DNA from: Thermoanaerobaculia bacterium
Lineage (GTDB): Bacteria > Acidobacteriota > Thermoanaerobaculia > Multivoradales > Multivoraceae
Reading direction: 5' to 3'
Assembly (NCBI GenBank): GCA_963664405.1
Contig: OY761158.1
Span: 1,696,001 to 1,760,000 of the forward strand
Length of the DNA stretch: 64,000 bases
This document shows, piece after piece, positions 9,504 to 19,745 of the stretch. Numbering within the stretch: position 1 is the stretch's first letter; each line of letters begins with the position of its first letter. The notes under the pieces were generated by a model. The model saw only the letters and a program-made list of their open reading frames with translations. It ran no database searches and was not told the origin of the DNA. The position numbers and the translations under genes are program-made.

Positions 9504-11410
9504 GACTCCTGAGGGTGTCGTTGATGATGGCTGTGATCCTGACGCCCGTGACTGGATGGGCCCAGCCAGGCGGCACATTGTTCGAGCAGCACTGCGCGGC
9601 CTGTCATGGAAACCCGGCGCCCGACTCCCGAGCCCCAGATCGGGAGGCGCTGCGGCAGTTCACCCCCGAGCGCGTGCTTGAGTCGCTGACGACCGGCGCG
9701 ATGGCGGTGGAGGTGCCCGGGCTGACCGACGACGAGAGGCGGCAGGTGGCTCAGTGGGCCGCGGGCCGTGCGCTTGGGACGGCTGGTGGCGATGCCTCAT
9801 CGATGCCCAATCCGTGTCCGAGCAAACCGTTCGGCGACCCGTTCGCGGGCGCGGGGTGGAACGGCTGGAGCCCGGATGTTGGCAACTCGCGCTACCAGCC
9901 GGCCGCGGCCGCCGGGTTGACCCCGGACCAGGTGCCGCGCCTGACGTTGAAGTGGGCGTTCGGATACCCCGGCGGGGTCGCAGCCGCCGCTGGTTCGCCG
10001 ACGGTCGTGGGGGGAAGGCTCTACGCGGGATCCGACACCGGCTATGTCTACTCGTTGGATGCGGCGAGCGGCTGTGTCTACTGGTCGTTCGAGTCGCAAT
10101 GGGTTGTTCGCTCCTCCGTCACCATTGGACCCGTCACGGGCGCGGGGACGGCGCGCTACGCCGCCTACTTCGGGGACTCCAGGGCGAACGTGTATGCCGT
10201 CAATGCCGAAACCGGTGAGCTGCTGTGGACACAACGTGCCGACACCCATTCGATCGCGCGCATCACCGCCGCCCCCAAGCTTCACGCCGGCCGGCTCTAC
10301 GTGCCCGTTTCCTCACTGGAAGAATTGGCAGGGCGCCACGTCTGGTATGAGTGCTGTACGTTCCGGGGCAGCGTGGTGGCGTATGACGCGAACACGGGCG
10401 AGCAGATCTGGAAGAGTTATGCGATTGCCGAAGAGCCCAAGCCCACGACGAAGAACGCGCAGGGCACCCAACGGTGGGCCCCGGCCGGGGGAGGAGTCTG
10501 GAACTCGCCGGTCATCGATGCTGCGCGAGGGGCCTTGTATATCGGTAGTGGAAACGCCTATACCGCGCCCGCGCCCAATGACACCGACGCGGTTATCGCC
10601 TTCGATCTCGAGACCGGGAAGCGGCTGTGGTGGCACCAGCTGACGGCCATGGATGCCTACCTCAGCAGGTGTCCCGGCCGGGTAGGTGTGCAAGGCCGCC
10701 CGATTGATCCTGCGAAGCGAGCGGATGTCCAGCCCACCGCGTACCTCAACTGCCCCGACCCCGAGAAACTTGCCGAAAACGTCGATGTCGATGTGGAGGC
10801 GGTCATGCTTCACACGCTGCCGGACGGGCGCACGATTCTCGTCGTTGGGCAGCAAAATGGCCGGGTCTATGCGCTCGACCCTGACCGCGAGGGGGCGGTG
10901 CTGTGGGAGCTCTACGCGGGCGCGGACACGCAGAATCGCGCAAACATCACCTTCGGTGGTGCCACCGACGGGCGGCTAGCCTACTTCCCCCTCGTGATCC
11001 AGCCGTCGGAGCACCGCGGGATCACTACGGCGCCGCGGGCGAAGGGCGCCCTGGCCGCGATCCGCGTGGAGACGGGCGAGCCGGTGTGGTACACGGCGAC
11101 GCCGGCGGACAACTGTCCCGACCCCCCCCCGCAACGGTGCAGCTCTGGGCAGGACGGGGCGGCGACGGTGATCCCGGGCGTGGTCTTCGCCGGCGCGATG
11201 GACGGCATGCTTCGCGGGTACTCGACCACCGACGGCCGCATCATCTGGGAATACGACACGGCCCAGGAGTTCGAGACCGTCAATGATGTGCCGGCCAAGG
11301 GTGGCATGCTGAACGGCCCGGGGCCAACCGTCGTGGATGGCATGCTGTTCATGGGGTCGGGCTACACGTCAGGGCCGGGCAACGTGCTGCTGGCGTTCGG
11401 ACTCGAATAA
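9497..11410 (+). CDS. Cytochrome c + PQQ quinohemoprotein (polyvinyl-alcohol-dehydrogenase-like architecture)
   Basis: Signal peptide, CAACH heme motif, LTLKWAFGYPG, YECCTFRGSVVA, GPTVVDGMLFMGSGY. Confidence 0.88.
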   Translation: MLRLLRVSLMMAVILTPVTGWAQPGGTLFEQHCAACHGNPAPDSRAPDREALRQFTPERVLESLTTGAMAVEVPGLTDDERRQVAQWAAGRALGTAGGDASSMPNPCPSKPFGDPFAGAGWNGWSPDVGNSRYQPAAAAGLTPDQVPRLTLKWAFGYPGGVAAAAGSPTVVGGRLYAGSDTGYVYSLDAASGCVYWSFESQWVVRSSVTIGPVTGAGTARYAAYFGDSRANVYAVNAETGELLWTQRADTHSIARITAAPKLHAGRLYVPVSSLEELAGRHVWYECCTFRGSVVAYDANTGEQIWKSYAIAEEPKPTTKNAQGTQRWAPAGGGVWNSPVIDAARGALYIGSGNAYTAPAPNDTDAVIAFDLETGKRLWWHQLTAMDAYLSRCPGRVGVQGRPIDPAKRADVQPTAYLNCPDPEKLAENVDVDVEAVMLHTLPDGRTILVVGQQNGRVYALDPDREGAVLWELYAGADTQNRANITFGGATDGRLAYFPLVIQPSEHRGITTAPRAKGALAAIRVETGEPVWYTATPADNCPDPPPQRCSSGQDGAATVIPGVVFAGAMDGMLRGYSTTDGRIIWEYDTAQEFETVNDVPAKGGMLNGPGPTVVDGMLFMGSGYTSGPGNVLLAFGLE

Positions 11411-11471
11411 TAGGGTGAGAAAGCGAGGCGACATGCGTTGTGTAACTGATAGTGCACGCCGGAGGCGTACG

Positions 11472-13079
11472 ATGACGCGCATCTTCAAGAGATTCCCGTT
11501 GGGTCTAGCGCTGGCGATGGGCGCGATGTGGGTCGGGGCGGGCAGCCTGCGCGCCGCTACGCTCCCGGCCGTTGATGACTGCGAGGCGCTGCCGACGATG
11601 GACTTCACGAGCATTCAGGATGCGCCGACGCAGGTGACGGCGACCCGAATGGTGGAGGCCGCCGGCGAGGTGCCCGCCCATTGCCGGATGGATGGGTATG
11701 TCGCGCCCAATGTCCGGATCGTGGTACGCCTGCCGAACAGCGCCTCGTGGAACGGTAAGTTTTTGCAGGCGAGCCCTGGTGGCTATGGCGGCTCGACGGA
11801 AACGGATGCCGCCTGGTGCGATGAGGCCTTGCGGAGAGGCTATGCCTGTCTCACACACGATACGGGGCATTTCGGCAGAACAAGAAGGGCCTCGTGGGCC
11901 TACAACAATCTCCAGGCGGAGTTCGATTACGGCATCCGCGGTCACCATGTAAGCGCCCTGGCGGGCAAGGCCATCACCGAACACTACTACGGCCGGGCGC
12001 CGGCGTTCTCCTATCATGTGGGCTGTTCCGGCGGCGGGAAGCAGGGGATGGTCGAAGCGAATCGCTTTCCCTGGAACTTCGACGGCATTCTCGCCCAGGA
12101 GCCCGCGAATGTAACAGCCACGGGTGTGATGATCCTGTGGAACGCCTTGGCAACGTACGACGCGGACGGCCAGCCGCTGTTCACATCCGCCGATCTGGAC
12201 GTGCTGCACGCGGGGGCCATTGCCGCCTGCGATGCGGACGATGGCCTCGAGGATGGGATCATCGGTGGCGATCCCCGCACCTGCCAATTCGATCCGGCCG
12301 ACCTGACCTGCGCGTCGGGGCAGACATCGGGCTGTCTATCGCCGGTCCAGGTAGAGGCGGCCAAAAAAAAGTACCGCGGGCCGGTGACATCGACCGGGGA
12401 GAAGCTCAGCAAATACTTCCCGTTCTACCCTGCCTTGCCCGGCTCGGAGAAGGGCAACTACTTCTCCATGGATCTCGAGTCCAGGACCTCGTGGGGGCGG
12501 TTCCTGGGGTTCAACCCGGATCCGGGACCGAGCTGGACGGCGACCGACTTCGATTGGGACCACGATTACAAGCGCATGGGGATGACGGATGCGCTGGTGA
12601 ATGGTTACAGCAATCCCGATCTGCGCAATTTCAAGGCTGCGGGTGGCAAGCTGCTGATCATCCAGAGTTGGGAAGACTCTGGTCTGCCCTCGCCGCAAGT
12701 CAGCATCGACTACTATGAGATGGCGGAACGCATCATGGGCGGGCGAGCCAGCACCCAAGAGGCGGTTCGGCTGTTCATGATTCCGGGCCGTACGCATTGC
12801 TATGGTGGCGTTGGTGCGGCCAGCGGCGATTATCTCAGCTATCTCGAAGCCTGGGTCGAAGAGGGTCAGGCGCCCGACATGATCGTCGGCTACCATCCCG
12901 AAGAAATGCCATCCGGGCCACGGAGTGCGGCAGCTTATGTTGAAGCGAATACCGCGGTCCCCGAGAGCTACACGTTCACGCGGCCCCACTATCCCTACCC
13001 GCTGCAGGCGCGGTACAAGGGCAGCGGCGATCCGAACGACTATCGGAGCTTCGAGCCTGTCGAACCGGAGCGTCGCTGA
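11472..13079 (+). CDS. Tannase/feruloyl esterase family alpha/beta hydrolase, copy 1
   Basis: WNGKF, GCSGGG nucleophile, CDADDGLEDGII, NPDLRNFKAAGGKL, RLFMIPGRTHC (CS-D-HC motif). Confidence 0.92.
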   Translation: MTRIFKRFPLGLALAMGAMWVGAGSLRAATLPAVDDCEALPTMDFTSIQDAPTQVTATRMVEAAGEVPAHCRMDGYVAPNVRIVVRLPNSASWNGKFLQASPGGYGGSTETDAAWCDEALRRGYACLTHDTGHFGRTRRASWAYNNLQAEFDYGIRGHHVSALAGKAITEHYYGRAPAFSYHVGCSGGGKQGMVEANRFPWNFDGILAQEPANVTATGVMILWNALATYDADGQPLFTSADLDVLHAGAIAACDADDGLEDGIIGGDPRTCQFDPADLTCASGQTSGCLSPVQVEAAKKKYRGPVTSTGEKLSKYFPFYPALPGSEKGNYFSMDLESRTSWGRFLGFNPDPGPSWTATDFDWDHDYKRMGMTDALVNGYSNPDLRNFKAAGGKLLIIQSWEDSGLPSPQVSIDYYEMAERIMGGRASTQEAVRLFMIPGRTHCYGGVGAASGDYLSYLEAWVEEGQAPDMIVGYHPEEMPSGPRSAAAYVEANTAVPESYTFTRPHYPYPLQARYKGSGDPNDYRSFEPVEPERR

Positions 13080-13098
13080 GGTCAACAAAGGAGATACG

Positions 13099-14721
13099 AT
13101 GAAGCGCACCTTCAAGAGATTCGCGTTGGGTTTGGCGGTCGGCGGGATGTGGGTCGGGGCGGGCAGCCTGAGCGCCGCTACGCTCCCGGCCGTTGATGAC
13201 TGCGAGGCGCTGCCGGCGATGGACTTCACGAGCATTCAGGATGCGCCGACGCAGGTGACGGCGACCCGAATGGTGGAGGCCGCCGGCGAGGTGCCCGCCC
13301 ATTGCCGGATGGATGGGTATGTCACCCCCAATGTCCGGATCGTGCTACGCCTGCCCAACAGCGCCTCGTGGAACGGCAAGTTTTTGCAGGCGAGCCCTGG
13401 GGGCCAGGGCGGCTCGACGGAACAGGAGGCCGCCTGGTGCGATGAGGCCTTGCGGAGAGGCTATGCCTGTGTCACACACGATACGGGGCATTTCGGCACA
13501 ACAAGAAGGGCCTCGTGGGCCTACAACAATCTCCAGGCGGAGTTCGATTACGGCATCCGCGGTCACCATGTAAGCGCCCTGGCGGGCAAGGCCATCACCG
13601 AACACTACTACGGCCGGGCGCCGGCGTTCTCCTATCATGTGGGCTGTTCCGGTGGCGGGAAGCAGGGGATGGTCGAAGCGAGTCGCTTTCCCTGGAACTT
13701 CGACGGCATTCTCGCCCAGGAGCCCGCGAATGTAACGGCCGTGGGTGTGATGATCCTGTGGAACGCTTTGGCAACGTACGACGCGGACGGCCAGCCGCTG
13801 TTCACACCCGCCGATCTGGACGTGCTGCACGCGGGGGCCATTGCCGCCTGCGATGCGGACGATGGCCTCGAGGATGGGATCATCGGTGGCGATCCCCGCA
13901 CCTGCCAATTCGATCCGGCCGACCTGACCTGCGCGTCGGGGCAGACATCGGGCTGTCTATCGCCGGTCCAGGTGGAGGCGGCCAAAAAAAAGTACAGCGG
14001 GCCGGTGACATCGACCGGGGAGAAGCTCAGCAAATACTTCCCGTTCTACCCTGCCTTGCCCGGCTCGGAGAAGGGCAACTACTTCTCCATGGATCTCGAG
14101 TCCAGGACCTCGTGGGGGCGGTTCAAGGGGTTCAACCCGGATCCGGGACCGAGCTGGACGGCGACCGACTTCGATTGGGACCACGATTACAAGCGCATCG
14201 GGATGTCGGATGCGCTGGTGAATGGTTACAGCAATCCCGATCTGCGCAATTTCAAGGCTGCGGGTGGCAAGCTGCTCATCATCCAGGGTTGGGAAGACTC
14301 TGGTCTGCCCAGCCCGCGAGTCAGCATCGACTACTATGAGATGGCGGAACGCATCATGGGCGGGCGAGCCAGCACCCAAGAGGCGGTTCGCCTGTTCATG
14401 ATTCCGGGCCGTACGCATTGCTATGGTGGCGTTGGCGCGGCCAGCGGCGATTATCTCAGCTCTCTCGAAGCCTGGGTCGAAGAGGGCCAGGCGCCCGACA
14501 TGATCGTCGGCTACCATCCCGAAGAAACGCCATCCGGCACACGGAGTGTGAAAGCTTACGTTGAAGCGAATACCTCGGTCCCCGATAGCTACACGTTCAC
14601 GCGGCCCCATTATCCCTACCCGCTGCAGGCGCGGTACAAGGGCAGCGGCGATCCGAACGACTATCGGAGCTTCGAGCCTGTCGAACCGGAGCGAGGTGAC
14701 GGAAACCGCCACGACCCCTAA
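13099..14721 (+). CDS. Tannase/feruloyl esterase family alpha/beta hydrolase, copy 2
   Basis: Near-identical tandem duplicate of 11472-13079; AAGGAG RBS. Confidence 0.92.
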   Translation: MKRTFKRFALGLAVGGMWVGAGSLSAATLPAVDDCEALPAMDFTSIQDAPTQVTATRMVEAAGEVPAHCRMDGYVTPNVRIVLRLPNSASWNGKFLQASPGGQGGSTEQEAAWCDEALRRGYACVTHDTGHFGTTRRASWAYNNLQAEFDYGIRGHHVSALAGKAITEHYYGRAPAFSYHVGCSGGGKQGMVEASRFPWNFDGILAQEPANVTAVGVMILWNALATYDADGQPLFTPADLDVLHAGAIAACDADDGLEDGIIGGDPRTCQFDPADLTCASGQTSGCLSPVQVEAAKKKYSGPVTSTGEKLSKYFPFYPALPGSEKGNYFSMDLESRTSWGRFKGFNPDPGPSWTATDFDWDHDYKRIGMSDALVNGYSNPDLRNFKAAGGKLLIIQGWEDSGLPSPRVSIDYYEMAERIMGGRASTQEAVRLFMIPGRTHCYGGVGAASGDYLSSLEAWVEEGQAPDMIVGYHPEETPSGTRSVKAYVEANTSVPDSYTFTRPHYPYPLQARYKGSGDPNDYRSFEPVEPERGDGNRHDP

Positions 14722-14731
14722 CCCGAGCTCC

Positions 14732-15218
14732 CTATGCTACCCGTCCGGCTTGTACCAGATCGGCACCGTTGTCGGGACAGCGATGCGTCCTCGCATCCGG
14801 CGTCAGGCCGTCAGAGCAGACGACGTCGAAGATCTGCTCTTCGGCCTTGCCGTCTTCGACCCAACCTTTGACGATCTGGGCGCGCTGCAGCCATCCGGCG
14901 AGTGGATCGCGCAACGCCCAGACCAGAAAGCTCGGGGCACCCTTTGACGGGGAGAGGACCCCACCCATCGGAACTCCCTCCGCATACGCTACTGAGACCT
15001 GATCCTTCACCATCGCGAGCTTCTCAGCGAGACCGAAGCCCCCGGGCAGCCGGACTCGGATCCGCGGTCCCGAGGTGGCGAAGGTTCATATTGTGCGGGA
15101 TCGATCCACTGGTGAAAGCGTCGAAGGAGTAGGCGGTGTGGATGTGAACGTCGCCGAAGAGGGCGACTCGGGGGGTCTGTTGGAAGAGAGAGGGTCCGCT
15201 GACGGCCAGCGCCAACAT
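14732..15218 (-). pseudogene. Internally deleted DUF3604 gene (two pieces)
   Basis: N-terminal piece RVALFGDVHIHTAYSFDAF (15024-15218) lies next to a C-terminal piece GVPMGG...FLVWALRDP...DVVCSDG...HRCPDNGA (14732-15013). Confidence 0.8.
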
Positions 15219-15335
15219 CGCCGCCGCCGTCGTGCACTGCGCGGCCCTTGAGCTCGCAGGGGCGCGTGGCTATTCGGGAAGGCTGGCCGTGTTAGCCTCG
15301 ATTCACCGCCGAGCGGAGTGAGAGAGGAGGACAGC

Positions 15336-17177
15336 ATGACGCATCGTGCGTGGCGTAGCGCAGCACCGTGGCTCTTGCTCGGGTTGACGGCGTGCGGGGG
15401 TGCGCCGCAGCCGCCCGGCCCCGAGGCGACGGCGGCCGGACCGGCGGCGCAGCCCCTGCGCAACGCGTACTTTGGCGATCTGCACATTCACACGGGCTTT
15501 TCGCTCGACGCCTTCCAAATGAATTTACGTGGCACGCCGGACGACGCCTACCGCTACGCGCGCGGCGAGCCGCTGCGCCACCCTGCCGGCTACCCGATCC
15601 GGCTCCGGGGGGAGCCGCTGGACTTTCTGGCTGTTGCCGACCACGCCGAATACCTGGGGGTGTTCAACACGCTGACCGACCCCGAGCACGCGCTCTTCCA
15701 AAGCGAGCTGGTCCAGGAGCTCAAGGAGCGACGCGCCACATTCAGCCAGCGCTTCTCTGAATCTTGGGCCGAGGGACGCCGCCTCCCGAGCCTCTGGCAC
15801 CCCGACGTCATGCGCGACACCTGGCAGCGGGAGGTCGCCGCCGCGGAGCGCCACTACCGCCCGGGCGAGTTCACCACCTTCGTTGGCTACGAGTACACCT
15901 CGTTCCCGGGCTACAACCTGCACCGCAATGTGATCTTCCGCAGCGCCGACGTGCCGGAGCTCCCTTTTGGGGGCCTCGACTCGCAAAACCCGGAGGACCT
16001 GTGGAGCTGGCTCGATGAGCAGCGCGCGCAGGGCATCGAGGCCATCGCCATTCCCCACAACTCGAACTGGAGCGCAGGCAGATTCTTCCAGCGCACGAAG
16101 ACGGCCGGGGATCCCATCGACGCCGCCTACGCCGAGCAGCGAATGCGCAACGAGCCCCTGGTCGAGGTCACCCAGATCAAGGGCACGTCGGAAACCCACC
16201 CCGCACTGTCGCCCAACGACGAGTGGGCGGGGTTCGAGATCAGGAGCTTTGACTACGCCCCGGAGGTCACCGACGTCACCCCCGCCGGCAGCTACGTGCG
16301 CGACGCCTACCGGACCGGCCTCGAGCTCGAGGAGGACCAGGGCTTCAACCCCTACAGGTTCGGGCTCATCGGCTCGAGCGACTCGCACAACGTGGGCGCA
16401 CCCTACGAGGAGTCGTCGTATTACGGCGGCCACGGCACCAGCGATGCCACGCCGGAGCAGCGCGGCTCTGTGCCGCCCCGGGGTGCGCGGACCTGGCCCG
16501 CGGAGGGCGCCCCCGCTCGCTCCTTGCGCTCCTCCGGGGGCTTTGCCGCCGTGTGGGCCGAGGCGAACACGCGCGAGGCGATCTTCGACGCGTTCCGCCG
16601 CAAGGAGACCTTCGCCACCACGGGGCCGCGGATACGCGTGCGCTTCTTCGGGGGCTTTGAGTACCCCGACAGTCTGGCCGACGACGTCAACGCGGTGGGG
16701 GAGGCCTACGCCGGCGGGGTGCCTATGGGTGGTGACCTGCTCGGCGGGGCCGGCAAAGAGCCGCGCTTCCTGGTCTGGGCGCTGCGCGACCCGACGAGCG
16801 GCTGGCTCGAGCGCCTGCAGATCGTCAAGGGCTGGATTGAGGACGGCCAAGCGCAGGAGCGGGTCTACGATGTCGCCTGCTCCGACGGTCTCGAGGTCGA
16901 TCCTTCGACCCACCGCTGTCCCGACAACGGCGCCGAGGTGAATCTCAGCGACTGCAGCGTCAGCGCTGGCGTCGGTGCGACGCAGCTCCGAACGCTCTGG
17001 ACCGACCCCGACTTCGACAGCGGTCAACGGGCCTTCTATTACGTGCGAGCCTTGGAGAACCCGAGCTGCCGCTGGTCGACCTGGGATGCGGTGCGGGCGG
17101 GCGTGCCGCCGAGCCCGAGCTTCGCCGTGACGATCCAGGAGCGGGCCTGGTCCTCGCCGATCTGGTACGTGCCGTAG
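15336..17177 (+). CDS. DUF3604 family lipoprotein (PHP-like metal-dependent hydrolase)
   Basis: Lipobox LTAC; GDLHIHT, DHAE, LHRNVIFR, PHNSN, KGTSETHP, GSSDSH, QERAWSSPIWY; GAGGAGG RBS. Confidence 0.88.
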   Translation: MTHRAWRSAAPWLLLGLTACGGAPQPPGPEATAAGPAAQPLRNAYFGDLHIHTGFSLDAFQMNLRGTPDDAYRYARGEPLRHPAGYPIRLRGEPLDFLAVADHAEYLGVFNTLTDPEHALFQSELVQELKERRATFSQRFSESWAEGRRLPSLWHPDVMRDTWQREVAAAERHYRPGEFTTFVGYEYTSFPGYNLHRNVIFRSADVPELPFGGLDSQNPEDLWSWLDEQRAQGIEAIAIPHNSNWSAGRFFQRTKTAGDPIDAAYAEQRMRNEPLVEVTQIKGTSETHPALSPNDEWAGFEIRSFDYAPEVTDVTPAGSYVRDAYRTGLELEEDQGFNPYRFGLIGSSDSHNVGAPYEESSYYGGHGTSDATPEQRGSVPPRGARTWPAEGAPARSLRSSGGFAAVWAEANTREAIFDAFRRKETFATTGPRIRVRFFGGFEYPDSLADDVNAVGEAYAGGVPMGGDLLGGAGKEPRFLVWALRDPTSGWLERLQIVKGWIEDGQAQERVYDVACSDGLEVDPSTHRCPDNGAEVNLSDCSVSAGVGATQLRTLWTDPDFDSGQRAFYYVRALENPSCRWSTWDAVRAGVPPSPSFAVTIQERAWSSPIWYVP

Positions 17178-17184
17178 GGGAGGT

Positions 17185-17226
17185 GAGTAGACAGTAAGGA
17201 GTAAGAAGTAAGAAGTAAGCAGTAAA
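17185..17226 (+). repeat. Heptamer tandem repeat (NAGTAAG)x6
   Basis: gagtaga cagtaag gagtaag aagtaag aagtaag cagtaaa. Confidence 0.8.
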
Positions 17227-17554
17227 GACTGGAACCAGTACTTACAATCTTCGGCAGTGGATCATCGACGAGGGTGAGATCAACGTCACCCTCAGGTTAT
17301 CGGGTCAGAACAGAAGCACGATCGAGTGATGACGGGTCCGTGTTCCGCGTGGAGGAGCTACGAGCACGGGCTACCGATGGGCGCGCAAGCGCTACGCGCG
17401 ACAAATGGCGAAGGGATAGCTCGGGCTCGATCTTTGATCCGCACGCTTAGAGAGCGCGAGATAGCGCCTCGGAGCGGTGATGTAGATGTATACTTAGCGG
17501 TCAGATCAACGACACGATGGCCGTCGTGTCCTGTCCAAATCTGAGGAGAGCAAC

Positions 17555-19231
17555 ATGCTGAAGAGACGTCTGATCTCAGGGATCGCGATCTCTGTCTTGG
17601 CGGTGGTGGCTTGGGCCGCGAACACCGCCGTCGACACGACCAGCGGAGTCACCCTTTCAGGCTCTGTCGTCGACAGTGCCGGCCAGCCGGTCCGCGGTGC
17701 GACCGTGACGGCGTTCGACAACGCCATCGGCAAGAGTATCTCGGTCTACAGCCGAGAAGACGGCAGCTTCAGCCTGTCCGGGCTCGAGCCCAAGGACTAC
17801 ACGCTGCGGGCAAGGCTCCTCGGCATGGAGGACTCCGCGATCGAGGTGTCCGCGGGCAGCTCGAGCCAGCACAAGCTGGTGATGGCCGCGGCGACCGATC
17901 TCAACGCCCAGCGGCCGGCGAACAGCCGTCTCGACCTTCTGGAGTGGGAGGACGAGAAGGACGCTCTGAACTTCCGCATGATGTGCTTCTACTGTCACCA
18001 GGTGGGCACCGAGGGCTTTCGTAGTCCGGAGGAGCCGGTGGACTGGGAGGTCATGGTCACGCGGATGGACGGCTTCCAGGGGCTATACGAGCACACCCAG
18101 GGGATCCTGGTCGACAAGCTGCTCAACACCTACGGCGTCGGTGCAGAAGAGAGCTGGCCGGCCTATCAGCCGCCGGAGCGGCCCTCTGGAAGCGCTCTTC
18201 TGGCCGAGGTCACTGAGTGGACGATGGGCAAAGAGAACGACGGAATGATCCACGATCTGGAAGTGGGACGCGACGGCAAGATCTACACCGTCGACGGTGG
18301 CTCCGACGCAATCGCGGTGCTCGATCCGGTCACCGGCGAGCGCACCGTCATTAGCTTCCCTGGCGGCAAGGACTACAACTCGACCGACGGTGCGATCAAG
18401 GGACCCCATTCGGTCGAGGTCGCGCCCAACGGTGATCTGTGGTTCACCCTCGCGATTTCCGGCGAGATGGCGAAGTTCGATCCGGTCACTAACGAGTTCA
18501 CCGTGGTTTCCGGTCACCCGACTCGCAAGCGCTCCGGCTATCCGCACACCCTCCGGATCACACCCGACGGCAGCAAGGTCTGGTGGACCGACGCCGGTAT
18601 GGGTGTGTTCTCGATCGACACCGCCAGCTACGATGTGAAGTTCTACAATCTGCCGAGCGCCAACCAGGTGCGCGGGAAGGGCGCCAGCGGTGAGGGTCGT
18701 GGCGTGACGCCCTACGGCATCGACATCGCGCCGAACGGCAAAGTCTGGTACTCCAAGCTCCACGGCCAGCGCGTCGGCCGCATCGATCCTTCGAAGCCGG
18801 ACGGCGATCCCGATCAGATCGTCGAGTGGGAGCCCCCTGTCCACGGTCCTCGGCGCCTTCATGTCGCGCCCGATGGTCTGGTTTGGGTTCCGGGTTGGGC
18901 CAGCGGCAATATCGCCAACTTCGACGAGAGGCTGGAGGAGTGGACGGTCTACGACCTGCCGCACGGCAAGAACTCGATGCCCTATGCGCTCAACATCCAC
19001 CCGAAAACAGGTGACGTCTGGATCTGTGGAACAGGCAGCGACTCGATGCTTCGCTTCGATCCGAAGACCGAGGAGTTCACCGAGTACCGTATGCCCACGC
19101 GGGTGACCTACACCCGCGAGGTCGAGTTCGACGACGAGGGCAATGTCTGGGTGAGCAACTCGAACTACCCCACTCGCCACATCGAGAACCGCCACGGTTC
19201 TGTGATCAAGCTCGCACTACTGGACCAGTAG
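17555..19231 (+). CDS. Secreted protein: carboxypeptidase-regulatory-like domain + heme c motif + Vgb-like beta-propeller
   Basis: LSGSVVDSAGQPVRGATV, CFYCH, repeated PxxxxxxPDGxVW blades. Confidence 0.8.
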   Translation: MLKRRLISGIAISVLAVVAWAANTAVDTTSGVTLSGSVVDSAGQPVRGATVTAFDNAIGKSISVYSREDGSFSLSGLEPKDYTLRARLLGMEDSAIEVSAGSSSQHKLVMAAATDLNAQRPANSRLDLLEWEDEKDALNFRMMCFYCHQVGTEGFRSPEEPVDWEVMVTRMDGFQGLYEHTQGILVDKLLNTYGVGAEESWPAYQPPERPSGSALLAEVTEWTMGKENDGMIHDLEVGRDGKIYTVDGGSDAIAVLDPVTGERTVISFPGGKDYNSTDGAIKGPHSVEVAPNGDLWFTLAISGEMAKFDPVTNEFTVVSGHPTRKRSGYPHTLRITPDGSKVWWTDAGMGVFSIDTASYDVKFYNLPSANQVRGKGASGEGRGVTPYGIDIAPNGKVWYSKLHGQRVGRIDPSKPDGDPDQIVEWEPPVHGPRRLHVAPDGLVWVPGWASGNIANFDERLEEWTVYDLPHGKNSMPYALNIHPKTGDVWICGTGSDSMLRFDPKTEEFTEYRMPTRVTYTREVEFDDEGNVWVSNSNYPTRHIENRHGSVIKLALLDQ

Positions 19232-19261
19232 CGCAGGCACGTCCCAAAACTCGCTTTTCCG

Positions 19262-19293
19262 GGGCCGGTGTTTACACCGGCCCTTTTTCTTTT
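19262..19293 (+). terminator. Rho-independent terminator
   Basis: gggccggtgt-tt-acaccggccc followed by a T-rich tract. Confidence 0.8.
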
Positions 19294-19301
19294 CGGCCCG
19301 T

Positions 19302-19690
19302 TCAGCTGGCCGGTATCACCCAGATCGGAGACGAGAAGGCGCGCTCCTGAAGCGTGGTCGCGAGATCTGGTCGAGGCGGTGTGCCCGACCGTATCGCATC
19401 CCAGGTCGACCAGCGGCAGCTCGGGTTCTCCAAGGCCCGCACGTAATAGAAAGCACGTTGACCGCTGTCGAAGTCGGGATCGGTCCAGAGTGTTCTGAGC
19501 TGTGTTGAACCGACGCCGGCGTTGACGCTGCAGTCGTTGAGATTCACCTCGGCGCCGGTGTCGGGACAGCGGTGGGTCTCAGGATCGACCTCGAGACCGT
19601 CGGAGCAGGCGACATCGTAGACGCGCTCCTTCGGCCGGCCATCTTCGATCCAGCCCTTGATCACCTGCACGCGCTGGAGCTTCGCGGACT
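19302..19690 (-). pseudogene. C-terminal remnant of a DUF3604 gene
   Basis: KLQRVQVIKGW...QERAFSSPIW, very similar to the C-terminus of 15336-17177; no N-terminus. Confidence 0.85.
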
Positions 19691-19745
19691 CTGCGGCCGA
19701 CCCCGCGATTCGCAAGCTGCTCGAAGGCGAGGCCTGAGCGGCCCC

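Noticed and set aside
11472-14721. Diversity-generating retroelement TR/VR pair
   Set aside because: The duplication covers the whole gene, differences are not adenine-specific, and no reverse transcriptase is present.
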